A stretch of 64,000 nt of DNA from positions 5,933 through 69,932 of the forward strand of contig JBBQNG010000001.1 in assembly GCA_038329645.1 (NCBI GenBank). Direction: 5' to 3'. The notes beneath the pieces are model-generated. The model saw only the letters and a program-made list of their open reading frames with translations, made no database searches and was not told the DNA's origin. Both the position numbers and the translations under genes were made by a program. Below, piece after piece: positions 55,220 through 64,000 of the stretch. The stretch comes from Burkholderiales bacterium (lineage in GTDB: Bacteria > Pseudomonadota > Gammaproteobacteria > Burkholderiales > SG8-39). Positions within the stretch are counted from its first letter, which is position 1. Each line of letters begins with the position of its first letter.

Positions 55220-56662
55220 TCAAAGCAGGAATAGCGTAGCCAGCCCGAGGAAGATGAAGAAGCCGCCCGAATCGGTACACGCGGTGATCAGCACGCTCGA
55301 GCCTACCGCCGGGTCCCTTCCGAATCTTTGGCGCGCGTAGGGGATCGCCACGCCCATGAACGCGGCCAGCACCAGGTTCAGGGTCATCGCCAGCGTCATG
55401 ACCGCACCCAGGGCCTTGCTGTCGTAGAGGAACCAGGCAAGCAGCCCGAGCAGGCCACCCCAGACCAAGCCGTTCAGCAGGGCCACACTGAGTTCCTTGT
55501 TGAGCAGCTTGCGCCAGTAATGGGTCTGCAGCTGGCCGAGCGCGAGCGCGCGGACGATCATGGTGGTGGTCTGGTTGCCAGAATTGCCGCCGATCCCCGC
55601 GACGATGGGCATGAGCGCAGCCAGGGCCACGAGTTTCTCTATCGAGCCCTCGAATGCGCCGATCACGCGCGAGGCGATGAACGCGGTCACGAGGTTTACG
55701 GCCAGCCACGCCCAGCGGTTCTTGAAGCTGTCCCAGACCGGCGCGAAAATATCCTCTTCCTCGCTCAGGCCGGCCTCGGCCAGCACCTGCTCGGCGCTCG
55801 ACTCGCGGATGTAGTCGACCACCGCGTCGACGGTGAGGCGGGCAATCAGCCTGCCACCGTCTTCCACTACCGGCGCGGACACCAGGTCATAGCGCTCGAA
55901 CGCCTGCGCCGCGTCGTCGGACTTGTCCTCGGGGTTGAAAGTGATGAGCTCCGGGATCATGACCTTGCCGACTTCCAGTTCCAGATCGGACACGATCAGG
56001 CGCGCCAGGGGCAGCGAACCTTTCAGCTTCTGGTCGCGGTCGACGACGAACAGCTGGTCGGTGTGCCCGGGGAGCTCGTCGAGCCGCCGCAGGTAACGCG
56101 TCACCGCTTCGAGGGTCACGTCTTCACGTACCGTGACCATGTCGAAATCCATCAGCGCGCCCACCGAGCCTTCAGCGTAGGACATCGCCGCGCGCAGTTG
56201 CTCCCTCTCCTCGACGGGGAGGGACCGGATCACATCCTGGATGACGTCTTCGGGGAGGTCCGGGGCAAGGTCGGCGAGCTCGTCGGCCTCGAGCGTCTCG
56301 GCTGCGGCGACAAGCTCCTCCGAGTCCATGCTGGCGATCAGCGATTCGCGCACCGCGTAGGAGACCTCCAGCAGGATCTCGCCGTCGCGATCCGCCTTCA
56401 CCAGGTCCCAGACCACCAGCCTTTCCTCGAGCGGCAACGACTCGAGGATGAAGGCGATGTCGCCGGGATGGAGCCTTTCGATCTTGCCGCGCAATTCGGC
56501 GAGGTGCTGCCGGTGCACCAACCGCTCGACCAGCTCGTGTTTCGGGTTGTGCTGCCGTGCGACCAGGTCTTCGACCAGCTTGTGGCGATGCAGGAGTTCC
56601 TGCACTGCGCGCAGGTTTTCCTTCAGGTCTTCGATCTCGAGCCGGTTGGCAAGGTCGGCCAT
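55220..56662 (-). CDS. mgtE: magnesium transporter MgtE
   Basis: 480 aa with an N-domain, tandem CBS domains and a C-terminal MgtE TM domain (MPIVAGIGGNSGNQTTT...). Confidence 0.92.
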   Translation of the reverse strand: MADLANRLEIEDLKENLRAVQELLHRHKLVEDLVARQHNPKHELVERLVHRQHLAELRGKIERLHPGDIAFILESLPLEERLVVWDLVKADRDGEILLEVSYAVRESLIASMDSEELVAAAETLEADELADLAPDLPEDVIQDVIRSLPVEEREQLRAAMSYAEGSVGALMDFDMVTVREDVTLEAVTRYLRRLDELPGHTDQLFVVDRDQKLKGSLPLARLIVSDLELEVGKVMIPELITFNPEDKSDDAAQAFERYDLVSAPVVEDGGRLIARLTVDAVVDYIRESSAEQVLAEAGLSEEEDIFAPVWDSFKNRWAWLAVNLVTAFIASRVIGAFEGSIEKLVALAALMPIVAGIGGNSGNQTTTMIVRALALGQLQTHYWRKLLNKELSVALLNGLVWGGLLGLLAWFLYDSKALGAVMTLAMTLNLVLAAFMGVAIPYARQRFGRDPAVGSSVLITACTDSGGFFIFLGLATLFLL

Positions 56663-56808
56663 GGCGTTGGTGCCCGGGGCCGTTGCGGGCCGATTAGGAG
56701 AGTGTCGGCATTGTAGAGAAAGGACGCGGGCGGCGAAACAAAAAGACCATCCCTCCAGGCCCCGACGCGATCAGGGCGCCGAGGCAGATCCACGACGACG
56801 ACCAAAAT

Positions 56809-57513
56809 TCAGGGGATCTGGGCCGCCGGCATGCGCGCCATGATTGTTTCGGATTTACGTGCGATCCATTGCGAGCCGCGATTGCGGTCATAGCGCTGCG
56901 GAGAGGGCAAGATGGCAGCCAGCCACGCTGCCTGCGGCACCGACAGCTGCGCCGCGGGAACATCGAAATAGTGTCTGGCCGCCGCTTCGGCGCCGAATAC
57001 GCCTTCGCCCCATTCGGCGAGGTTGAGATAGAGCTCGAGGATGCGCCTCTTTGACATTGCCGATTCGAGCATCCACGTTATGACCGCCTCCTGGCCTTTC
57101 CTGATCCATGAGCGGCTGCCGGAGAGGAACAGGTTTTTCGCCAGCTGCTGGCTGATGGTGGACCCGCCGGCTACGACCTTGCCACGCTTCTCGTTCTTCT
57201 CAAGGGCCTTCTGGATCCCCTCCCAGTCGAAGCCTTCGTGATCGACGAATTTGCCGTCCTCGGCCGCCACCACGGCGCGCCTCAGGTTGGCGGAGACCCT
57301 GTCGTAGCCCACCCACTGTTGCCTGATTACTGCTTTGGGGTTGTTTTGCTGCAGCGTCGCGAGGCGTGCCCGCATGAATGAGGTTGATGATGGGTTGTGA
57401 TTGGACCACCACCACACCTGGGCGAAGAACCATCCCTGCACCATGAGCACCGCCAGGACCAGCGCGCCCAGCATGTAGAAGGCCGCCTTCCACGCCCGTT
57501 TTAAAAGACGCAT
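56809..57513 (-). CDS. mtgA: monofunctional biosynthetic peptidoglycan transglycosylase
   Basis: 234 aa with an N-terminal TM segment, VAAEDGKFVDHEGFDWEGI, GGSTISQQLAKNLFL and RILELYLNLAEWG. Confidence 0.92.
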   Translation of the reverse strand: MRLLKRAWKAAFYMLGALVLAVLMVQGWFFAQVWWWSNHNPSSTSFMRARLATLQQNNPKAVIRQQWVGYDRVSANLRRAVVAAEDGKFVDHEGFDWEGIQKALEKNEKRGKVVAGGSTISQQLAKNLFLSGSRSWIRKGQEAVITWMLESAMSKRRILELYLNLAEWGEGVFGAEAAARHYFDVPAAQLSVPQAAWLAAILPSPQRYDRNRGSQWIARKSETIMARMPAAQIP

Positions 57514-57519
57514 GCGGCC

Positions 57520-58338
57520 CTAGGCGGCGCGCATTTCGGCCAGGACGGGCGCGGTGAGCGGGCGGACGCCGCGCCACAGGAAGAACGATTCGGCGGCCTG
57601 CTCCACCAGCATGCCCAGGCCGTCCGAGACCCGAGCGGCGCCCTGCTCGAGGGCCTGGCGCATGAATGGCGTCTGCCGCCCGTACAGCATCTCGTAGGCG
57701 ATCGAGCCCGGGGCGAAGAGGTGGGTGGGCAATGGCAGCGCCGCATCGGTCAGGCCGGTCGACGTGGCGTTGATGACGAGGTCGAAGCTCTGCCCGGCAA
57801 GACCTTCATAGTCGCATGCCGTCACGGGTCGCGTATCGCCGGTTGCGATGCGGCCCACCATCTGATGCGCTTTCCCGATTGTGCGATTTGCGACAACCAG
57901 GAGTGCCGGCTGTTCTTCGAGCAAGGGCAACAGCACTCCGCGTGCGGCGCCGCCGGCCCCAAGGAGCAGCACACGCCGGCCCCTCACGCCGAACCCGAGG
58001 TTTCCGGCCAGGTCGCGCGTGAGGCCGCATCCGTCCGTGTTGTCGCCGACGATTGCGCTCGCCGAAAAGATGAGCGTGTTGACCGCGCCGGCGGCCCGCG
58101 CGCGCGCGCTCACCTCGCCGGCCAGCGCAAACGCGTCTTCCTTGAAGGGAAGGGTGATGTTCGCCCCTTTGCCGCCCTCTGCCCGAAACGCGGCAACAGC
58201 CGCGGCCAAGCCTCCCGGCGCCACGAGGAGCGCACGGTACTCTATCGCCTCTGCGGTTTGTGCGGCGAACCGCGCGTGAATTGACGGAGATCGGGAGTGG
58301 CCGACGGGATTGCCCATCACCACGTAGCGGTCGGGCAC
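57520..58338 (-). CDS. aroE: shikimate dehydrogenase
   Basis: A proposed GTG at 58338 (2 nt after the upstream TGA) gives (M)PDRYVVMGNPVGHSRSPSIH. It also has NITLPFK, GDNTDGCG and LGAGGAARG. The 550-aa ORF-track version is an out-of-frame overlap with the tonB-like gene. Confidence 0.88.
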   Translation of the reverse strand: MPDRYVVMGNPVGHSRSPSIHARFAAQTAEAIEYRALLVAPGGLAAAVAAFRAEGGKGANITLPFKEDAFALAGEVSARARAAGAVNTLIFSASAIVGDNTDGCGLTRDLAGNLGFGVRGRRVLLLGAGGAARGVLLPLLEEQPALLVVANRTIGKAHQMVGRIATGDTRPVTACDYEGLAGQSFDLVINATSTGLTDAALPLPTHLFAPGSIAYEMLYGRQTPFMRQALEQGAARVSDGLGMLVEQAAESFFLWRGVRPLTAPVLAEMRAA

Positions 58339-58340
58339 CG

Positions 58341-59264
58341 TCAGTCCCGTTTGGTCCAGACCTCGTCGCCCTTGCCGAAAAACCACGTGCGGGTAATGAC
58401 GAGGAGGTCGGTGTCCTTTCGGATGTCCGGCGGGAATTCGCCGTAGGGGGCGGCCATGCGAACAATCCGGAATGCGGCATCGTCCAGCACCTTGAGCCCC
58501 GACGAGCGATCGAGCCGGACCGACTCCACGCTGCCGTCGGGCTTGATGGTGACTTCGAGGCGCAGACTGCCGTACATCTTGCCGCGGGCTTCGGCCGGGT
58601 AGTTGAGGGTTCCGACCCGCTCCACCTTGTTGCGCCAGTCGTCCTCGTATTGCGCGAAGCGGTACTCCGAGGCGTTTGCGCCGATGAACTGCTTGCGCGG
58701 GCGTTTCTGGTATTCCTCGTGGCGCTTGTCGATCTGCGCCTGCAGCTTCATGGCGGCCAGTGCGAGCTCGCGCAGGTCGCGCCCCGCCACTTGCGGCGCG
58801 GCCTCCTCGGCAAGCGGCTGACGCGGCGCTTCCCTGGTCGCGATCGGCGGCGTCGCCTTGGCGACAGCAAGCAGCTGCCGCTGCTGGGCCTCGAGCTCCA
58901 TCACCCGGCGCTGCGCCTGGGCAAGGTCGGCGCCGTTTTCGGCTGACTTGGTTACCGGCATCGGCGTTTTTGCGCGGTGCTCCAGGTCGGTGTTGCCGCC
59001 ACCATCGAGGTTGGATTGGGCGAGGGCGCGGGCCTTGGACGGTTTCTGCTTGGTCTTGGCGTTGACCAGGATGACCTCGAGGGGCTGGGCCGCGGAGAAA
59101 TTGAGCGCCTCGGGAAACTTGAAGTGAATCGAAAGTAGGACCGCGTGGAGGAGGATCGACAATCCGACGCACCAGCTCAGGAGACGCGACTGGCGGTCCA
59201 TAGCGGCCCAGGAATAGGCGATTTGCGCGTGTAGGTACGCGGACATTCGCGCTGGCAGGCGCAT
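58341..59264 (-). CDS. TonB C-terminal-domain energy-transducer-like protein
   Basis: It has a TM anchor LLSWCVGLSILLHAVLLSI, a charged/coiled middle, and a C-terminal TonB_C-like YPAEARGKMYGSLRLEVTIKPDGSVESVRLDRSSGLKVLDDAAFRIVRMAAPYGEFP. The start is ambiguous (ATG 59264, 59246 or 59201; TTG 59291). Confidence 0.75.
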   Translation of the reverse strand: MRLPARMSAYLHAQIAYSWAAMDRQSRLLSWCVGLSILLHAVLLSIHFKFPEALNFSAAQPLEVILVNAKTKQKPSKARALAQSNLDGGGNTDLEHRAKTPMPVTKSAENGADLAQAQRRVMELEAQQRQLLAVAKATPPIATREAPRQPLAEEAAPQVAGRDLRELALAAMKLQAQIDKRHEEYQKRPRKQFIGANASEYRFAQYEDDWRNKVERVGTLNYPAEARGKMYGSLRLEVTIKPDGSVESVRLDRSSGLKVLDDAAFRIVRMAAPYGEFPPDIRKDTDLLVITRTWFFGKGDEVWTKRD

Positions 59265-59330
59265 GAGGGTGGTCGCGCTAGCGGCCGACAAAGCTGCCTC
59301 TTGAAATTGGGTCGGGATATTGTAGGCCCA

Positions 59331-61214
59331 TTACAGGGCTTCCTGAGCATCCTCCACCGCCTGGCCGGAATCGGGCCCGTCCAGCGTGGCGCGCCAGGTG
59401 CATTCCAGGGTCTTGTCGAGCAGGTCGATCGAATCCACGCCAAGGCTGACCCGCGCGCCGGGCGGAAGTTCCGGCAGCGAAGGCACGCGCACGATCAGCG
59501 GCAGGTTGTCCAGGCGTACTGTCGCCTCGCGAAGCACGACCGCCCCGCACTGCGCAATGTTTTCCTGCAGCAGCCAGCGCAGGCACCAATAGCGCTCCAT
59601 GTCGCGCTGGTGCTCGTCGTACCGCGCATAGACGACCTCGAAGGCCCGCAATGCCGAAAGGAGCGTGTCCGAATTGCGCGCGAAGGGGGCGCGCTTTCCG
59701 GAAATGCTGGCGACCAGTTGCCATTGATTGACCAGGTCGACGTAACGGCGCAGCGGCGAGCTCAGCCATGCGTAGCAGGAAACGCCGAGCCCGTCATGGG
59801 CTTCGCCGTGCACGCTCATCCTGACCTTGCCCGAGGACTGCACGCGGTACAAGGCGGCAACGTCGCGCTCGGCGAGCAAGCCGCCCCACGTCGAGTTGGC
59901 GAGGATCATCAGTTCGGCGACCAGCTTGTCGAGGGGGGCGCCGCGCTTGCGCGCGATGATATCGACGTGTTCGCCCGCGACCGTGAAGTTGAAGTCCAGG
60001 AGGTTGGCATTCACACTCGGCTTGCCGCGCTTGGCCTCCAGCGCGTTGGCGAAGTGCCAGAGCGTTTCGATCTCGTCTTCGTACTCCAGGCCGGCCTTGC
60101 CGCCCAGCGGCAGCAGGGCGTTGAGCGTGTCATAGGCCCCGTGCCGCAGGTTCCCCGCCACCTTCACTCGCTCGAGTCGGGAGTGATGCCCGCGGATGGA
60201 AAAATCGCTTGCGGCCACATTGAAGTAAATCGAGATCGCCGGCCGCTCCGTGCCCGCGTCGAGCGAAAAGGCCTCGATAATGTCGGGGGGCAGCATGGTG
60301 ATCTTCTGTCCCGGCATGTAAACGGTGGACAGCCGTTCGCGCGCGATCGCATCGAGCGATGAGCCGGGTGAAAAGCCCAGCGCCGGAGCCGCGATGTGCA
60401 CGCCGATGCGCCACTCGTCGTCGGACACGCGGCGCACCGAGAATGCGTCGTCGATCTCGGAAGTTCCCGCGTCGTCCAGGGAATATACAGGCGCCTCGGC
60501 GAGAGGAAGGCCTTCCGGCACGGCCGGCAGAGCATGGGGCGCGAAGCCGGTGCCTGCGGGGAAGTACTCGAACAGAAACCGGTTGATGTGGAAATCCTTG
60601 CTGGAGGGCAGGGCGCCGGCGCGCTCGAACAGTCTGGCAACCGACAGGCCGGTCTCCCTGCACGCGGCCTCCACGGCTTTCGCCTCGATCCTGTTCCGGT
60701 CAGGCTTGTACAGCAGATCGTCGTGCATCGGTCGCAGCTCTTCTGGAAACTTCCCCGCAACCAGCTGCGCGGTGTATTCGGCGCCCTTTTCGGCCTGGAG
60801 CCGTTTTTTTTCGATCCCCGCCAGCGCCGCCTTCAGCGTCGCCTCGGGCGCGGCCTGGAACCGTCCTTTGCCGCGCCGATAGAAGTACATCGGCGCCGAA
60901 TGCAGCTTGAGTAGCACGCCGGAAGACTCCACCGCATCGGGCTCGCGGCCGACATATTCGCGCGCCAGGTCCCTGAATCCGAATTCGGCGGGTCCCGCGC
61001 ACTGCCACAGGAAATCGGCGTCCAGCTTGCCGGCGTAGGTGTTCGCGCTTGCAAGGAGCTCTGCGGCACCGGGTGCTTCAAACGACAGGAGCACGTTCGA
61101 GGCTTTCACTTTCGTCCGGCGGCCATGCGGAGACTCGATCTGAAACGAGGCCGTGCCCGGCGACAGTACCGTGCCAACTTTTATGTCGCCGTCTTCCTCG
61201 TATAGGAGTTGCAT
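59331..61214 (-). CDS. RNB-domain exoribonuclease (RNase II family)
   Basis: ATG at 61214 (MQLLYEEDGDIKVG...). It carries YSLDDAGTSEIDDAFSV and ...SSPLRRYVDLVNQ, the RNB catalytic motifs. Confidence 0.88.
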   Translation of the reverse strand: MQLLYEEDGDIKVGTVLSPGTASFQIESPHGRRTKVKASNVLLSFEAPGAAELLASANTYAGKLDADFLWQCAGPAEFGFRDLAREYVGREPDAVESSGVLLKLHSAPMYFYRRGKGRFQAAPEATLKAALAGIEKKRLQAEKGAEYTAQLVAGKFPEELRPMHDDLLYKPDRNRIEAKAVEAACRETGLSVARLFERAGALPSSKDFHINRFLFEYFPAGTGFAPHALPAVPEGLPLAEAPVYSLDDAGTSEIDDAFSVRRVSDDEWRIGVHIAAPALGFSPGSSLDAIARERLSTVYMPGQKITMLPPDIIEAFSLDAGTERPAISIYFNVAASDFSIRGHHSRLERVKVAGNLRHGAYDTLNALLPLGGKAGLEYEDEIETLWHFANALEAKRGKPSVNANLLDFNFTVAGEHVDIIARKRGAPLDKLVAELMILANSTWGGLLAERDVAALYRVQSSGKVRMSVHGEAHDGLGVSCYAWLSSPLRRYVDLVNQWQLVASISGKRAPFARNSDTLLSALRAFEVVYARYDEHQRDMERYWCLRWLLQENIAQCGAVVLREATVRLDNLPLIVRVPSLPELPPGARVSLGVDSIDLLDKTLECTWRATLDGPDSGQAVEDAQEAL

Positions 61215-61312
61215 TGCGGGCAATCGAAAAGGCGCCAATGATACGCGGGTGCAGGCCCGCTTGCGTTATCCTTTTCGGCCTCGCGTATCCCGACTTCCGG
61301 AGAAGGCCCGCC

Positions 61313-62458
61313 ATGCCCAGGATCGCTTCAATTTCCGTTTGTACCGCGCGCATTCCGCTCGATCACGTGACCGCATTCGCCACGCGGAGCGTAAGTGCCC
61401 GCGACTACGGCCTGGTCAAGGTGCGTTCCGACAGCGGGGTCGAGGGTATCGGATTCTGCTACGCCGGATCGTCCGCGGGATCGCTGGTGGCGCACGCCGT
61501 CGAGGAACTGCTCGCACCCAAGCTCATCGGCCAGGAATCGACCCGCACCGAAGGGTTGTGGGAGGAGATGTTCCAGGAGTCGCTTCTGCAGGGTAGGGCG
61601 GGCGCCGTGATGCGCGCAATCAGCATTCTCGATACCGCGATGTGGGACCTCAATGCACGCAGCGCCAAGCTCCCCCTGCATCGTTATCTCGGCGGGTGCG
61701 CCGAGAAGGCAGTGCCCGCATATGCTTCCGGCGGGTACTACCTGGCCGGCAAGACGCCGAAGAAGCTGGGCGCGGAGATGGCGGGTTACGTGAAGTTGGG
61801 GTTCAAGGCCGTAAAGATGAAAGTCGGGCGGCTGTCGGCGGCCGACGAGGAAGCCCGCGTCAGGGCGGCGAGGGAAGCGATCGGACCGGATGTGCTGCTT
61901 GCGCTGGACGCAAACAATGCGTGGCAGGACCTGCCGACCGCGCTCGAGCATGTAAAGCGTTATGAAAAGTACGATCCTTACTGGATCGAGGAGCCCTTTG
62001 GCCCCGACGACATCGACAGCCATGCGCGCCTGGCGCGCGCAACCCCGATCACGGTGGCCACCGGCGAAATTGGCGTGGGTCGCTGGTATTTCAAGGCGTT
62101 GATGGACAAGGGCGGCGCCGCGATCCTGCAGCACGATGCGGCGGTCTGTGGCGGCATCACCGAGTGGCGCCGCATCGCGGCTACCGCGGCCAGTTACGGC
62201 GTGACGGTCTGCCCCCACTGGTTCCACGACCTGCACGTGCACCTGGTGGCTTCGACGCCGAACGCCCGCATGGTGGAGTACTTCACCGACGACCAGGTGC
62301 TCAATTTCCGCCGCCTTGTCAATCGCCAGCTTGAATTCAGGGACGGGATGCTGCAGCTGCCGATGAAGCCGGGATTGGGATTCGATTTCGACCCCAAAGC
62401 AGTCGCGCGCTACTCGCTGGGCGGGAGAGCGAAACCCTGGAAGGTGGTCAGGAAGTAA
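61313..62458 (+). CDS. mandelate racemase/muconate lactonizing enzyme family protein (enolase superfamily)
   Basis: ATG 61313 follows GAGAAGG. The metal and base ligands follow the family pattern: KMKVG, LALDANNAW, IEEP, ...LQHD. The ORF-track N-terminal 88 aa overlap the RNB gene region and were rejected. Confidence 0.85.
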   Translation: MPRIASISVCTARIPLDHVTAFATRSVSARDYGLVKVRSDSGVEGIGFCYAGSSAGSLVAHAVEELLAPKLIGQESTRTEGLWEEMFQESLLQGRAGAVMRAISILDTAMWDLNARSAKLPLHRYLGGCAEKAVPAYASGGYYLAGKTPKKLGAEMAGYVKLGFKAVKMKVGRLSAADEEARVRAAREAIGPDVLLALDANNAWQDLPTALEHVKRYEKYDPYWIEEPFGPDDIDSHARLARATPITVATGEIGVGRWYFKALMDKGGAAILQHDAAVCGGITEWRRIAATAASYGVTVCPHWFHDLHVHLVASTPNARMVEYFTDDQVLNFRRLVNRQLEFRDGMLQLPMKPGLGFDFDPKAVARYSLGGRAKPWKVVRK

Positions 62459-63017
62459 GCCCGGCGAATTTCAGCATGCGGAGCAGATGCTCGGGGAAGC
62501 TCTGCAGCATATGGTCGCCGCCCTCGCGTATGACCATGCGGGCGCCTGCGTACTTCGTCACCGCCTCGCGATAGTCGAGCACCTCGTCACCGGTTTCGAG
62601 GACGAGCAGGTAGCGTTCCGGATCGACCTTTTCGACGAACAGGTCGCGCCAGCCCTGCAGGTGCGCGCGCGTGAGCTCGTATTGGGCGCCGGTATAGAGG
62701 TTCTTCTGCGGCCCGAGATACTTCTCCAGCCCGACATGCGGATACACCGCAGGTTGGATGAGGATCGCCCGGCAAGCGTATTTCTCCGCAAGCCAGGTCG
62801 CATAGAAGCCCCCGAGCGAACTCCCCACGAAAGTCACCTGGCTGGGCTCGCGCAGGGCCGGCAGCGCTTCGATCAGCGCGACAGCGTCCGCCGGCAGGTG
62901 TGGAAGCGCCGGGCATTCGAAGTGATCTCCAAGCCCCCGTTCCTCAAGGAAGCGCTGCATCGTCTGCGCCTTGTGGGACGCGGGCGCACTGTTAAAGCCG
63001 TGCAGGTAGACGATCAA
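62448..63017 (-). CDS. YqiA/YcfP-family alpha/beta hydrolase (esterase)
   Basis: A proposed TTG at 63017 gives (M)IVYLHGFNSAPASHKA. It has the nucleophile elbow GSSLGG and ...GGDH. It converges on the previous gene and overlaps it by 11 nt. Confidence 0.75.
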   Translation of the reverse strand: MIVYLHGFNSAPASHKAQTMQRFLEERGLGDHFECPALPHLPADAVALIEALPALREPSQVTFVGSSLGGFYATWLAEKYACRAILIQPAVYPHVGLEKYLGPQKNLYTGAQYELTRAHLQGWRDLFVEKVDPERYLLVLETGDEVLDYREAVTKYAGARMVIREGGDHMLQSFPEHLLRMLKFAGLTS

Positions 63018-63024
63018 GGCGCGA

Positions 63025-64000
63025 TCAGCGCGCAGGTGCCTGCGCCAGCCGTTCGAGTAGTTTGGCGTGGATGCCGCCGAATCCACCGTTCGACATGACG
63101 AGGACCTGGTCGCCCGGGCGCGCTGCCGCGTTGATCGCTTCGACCAACGCGAAAATCTCATCCACGCAGTGGGCCCTGGCGCCCAATGGCGAAAACACCG
63201 CCTGTGCATCCCATCCCAGGTTCGCCGTGTAGACGAAGACCCGATCCGCGTCCGCAACGCTCCCGGGAAGCGCAGCTTTCATGACGCCTTGCTTCATCGT
63301 ATTCGAGCGCGGCTCCAGAACCGCGAGAATCCGGGCGCTCCCAACCTTGTGGCGCAGGCCCTCGATCGTTGTGCGGATGGCGGTGGGATGGTGGGCAAAA
63401 TCATCGTAGACCGCCACGCCGCGTTCGGTCCCGCGCAGCTCCATTCGCCGCTTGACCCCCTGAAAATCCGCCAGCGCCTCCGCCGCCGCCTCAGGAGGCA
63501 CCCCGGCGTGCGAAGCGGCGGCGATTGCAGCCAAGGCGTTAAATCGATTGTGAGCGCCTTGCAGGTCCCACCGCACCCGCCCGATTGGCTCGCCACTGCG
63601 CAGCACTTCGAAACTGCCGTCGGCTTCAGGACTCATCGCCGACCATCCGGATTCGATGCCAAAGTATTCAACCGGTGTCCAGGTTCCTTTTTTGAGGACG
63701 CGCGCAAGGGCCTCGTCGGTCCCGTTGACGATCAGTCGTCCCGAGGAGGGAACAATGCGCACCAAATGCTGGAATTGCCGTTCGATGTCGGCAATATCGC
63801 CGAAGATGTCCGCGTGATCGAACTCAAGATTGTTAAGTATGGCGGTTTTCGGGCGGTAATGGACGAACTTGGAGCGCTTGTCGAAAAACGCCGTGTCGTA
63901 TTCGTCCGCCTCGATCACGAACAATGAGGAATCGGTCAGCCGCGCGGAATATTCGAAATTGCGCGGCACCCCGCCGATCAGGAATCCCGGACTGCGCTGC
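63025..64000 (-). CDS. mpl: UDP-N-acetylmuramate:L-alanyl-gamma-D-glutamyl-meso-diaminopimelate ligase, C-terminal ~325 aa (5' end outside window)
   Basis: The frame is open to the window end. GFLIGGVPRNFE..., EADEYDTAFFDKRSKFVHYRP, ILNNLEFDHADIF and DDFAHHPTAI are Mur-ligase/Mpl motifs. Confidence 0.88.
   Translation of the reverse strand, partial: QRSPGFLIGGVPRNFEYSARLTDSSLFVIEADEYDTAFFDKRSKFVHYRPKTAILNNLEFDHADIFGDIADIERQFQHLVRIVPSSGRLIVNGTDEALARVLKKGTWTPVEYFGIESGWSAMSPEADGSFEVLRSGEPIGRVRWDLQGAHNRFNALAAIAAASHAGVPPEAAAEALADFQGVKRRMELRGTERGVAVYDDFAHHPTAIRTTIEGLRHKVGSARILAVLEPRSNTMKQGVMKAALPGSVADADRVFVYTANLGWDAQAVFSPLGARAHCVDEIFALVEAINAAARPGDQVLVMSNGGFGGIHAKLLERLAQAPAR

Noticed and set aside
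56663-56808. Possible Mg-sensing leader (M-box) upstream of mgtE and a terminator for mtgA
   Set aside because: I could not trace an M-box-like multi-helix pattern. A UCUUUUUGUUU tract on the minus strand (plus-strand 56735-56745) is preceded only by a 4-bp stem, which is too weak to call a terminator.
58339-59172. N-terminal 278-aa extension of the aroE ORF (the 550-aa ORF-track version)
   Set aside because: The extension is R/G/P/A-rich and overlaps the TonB-like gene out of frame. The conserved AroE N-terminus (DRYVVMGNPVGHS) begins right after the GTG at 58338.

Overview
This is a high-GC chromosomal segment. Hand counts on sample lines give about two-thirds GC. Gene content and synteny look betaproteobacterial, but no homology search was run. 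All product calls rest on motifs and family features I recognise in the supplied translations. I call about 70 protein genes, and almost all are housekeeping. In order they are: the 3' end of isocitrate lyase; a translationally coupled three-gene flavoprotein/Fe-S cluster; yggT-proC-yggS; pilT-pilU; and arfB. Next comes a long minus-strand gene train (DUF971-ubiE-Tim44-ubiJ-ubiB-VanZ-ferredoxin-hydrolase-hemJ-THUMP RNA methyltransferase), then phoBR, a 542-aa unknown, a HIT protein and a 1276-aa DUF3683/GlcD/GlcF-type fusion oxidoreductase. These are followed by thrB, a LOG-family gene, polA, lipA-lipB-ybeD-dat-dac-rlpA, pyrR-pyrB-pyrC' and ruvX-yqgE. The window also holds the complete type IV pilus chemosensory operon pilG-pilH-pilI-pilJ-chpA, a rubredoxin gene, thiD-thiE-hemL and mgtE. 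It ends with mtgA-aroE-tonB-like, an RNase II-family gene, an enolase-superfamily gene, yqiA-like and the 3' part of mpl. I recognised no rRNA, tRNA, CRISPR array, transposase or integrase. The only clearly accessory stretch is a roughly 2.7-kb lower-GC islet (about 9.5-12.2 kb) between arfB and the RNA methyltransferase gene. It carries unidirectional cassette-sized ORFs: a SAM methyltransferase, a PIN toxin killed by one in-frame TAA plus its small partner, and an intact antitoxin plus a chimeric ParE::zinc-finger wreck. These are separated by imperfect palindromes that can be parsed box by box as integron attC sites, with a repeated GGCTAAC/GTTAGCC boundary 7-mer. I interpret this as an integrase-less integron cassette cluster or relic. 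That is the most interesting hypothesis here, and it needs a covariance-model check. A second point is that the conserved-looking N-terminus of ChpA extends 53 codons upstream of the first ATG/GTG/TTG, which implies a non-canonical start or a sequence error. Smaller observations are a perfect GNRA-capped hairpin that buries the ubiJ start codon, an unusually long structured phoB-phoR spacer with a Pho-box-like repeat upstream of phoB, a GlcF-like protein lacking all CCG cysteines, and a PyrC' with the HxH metal ligands replaced. I found no convincing novel multi-gene defence or other system outside the islet.
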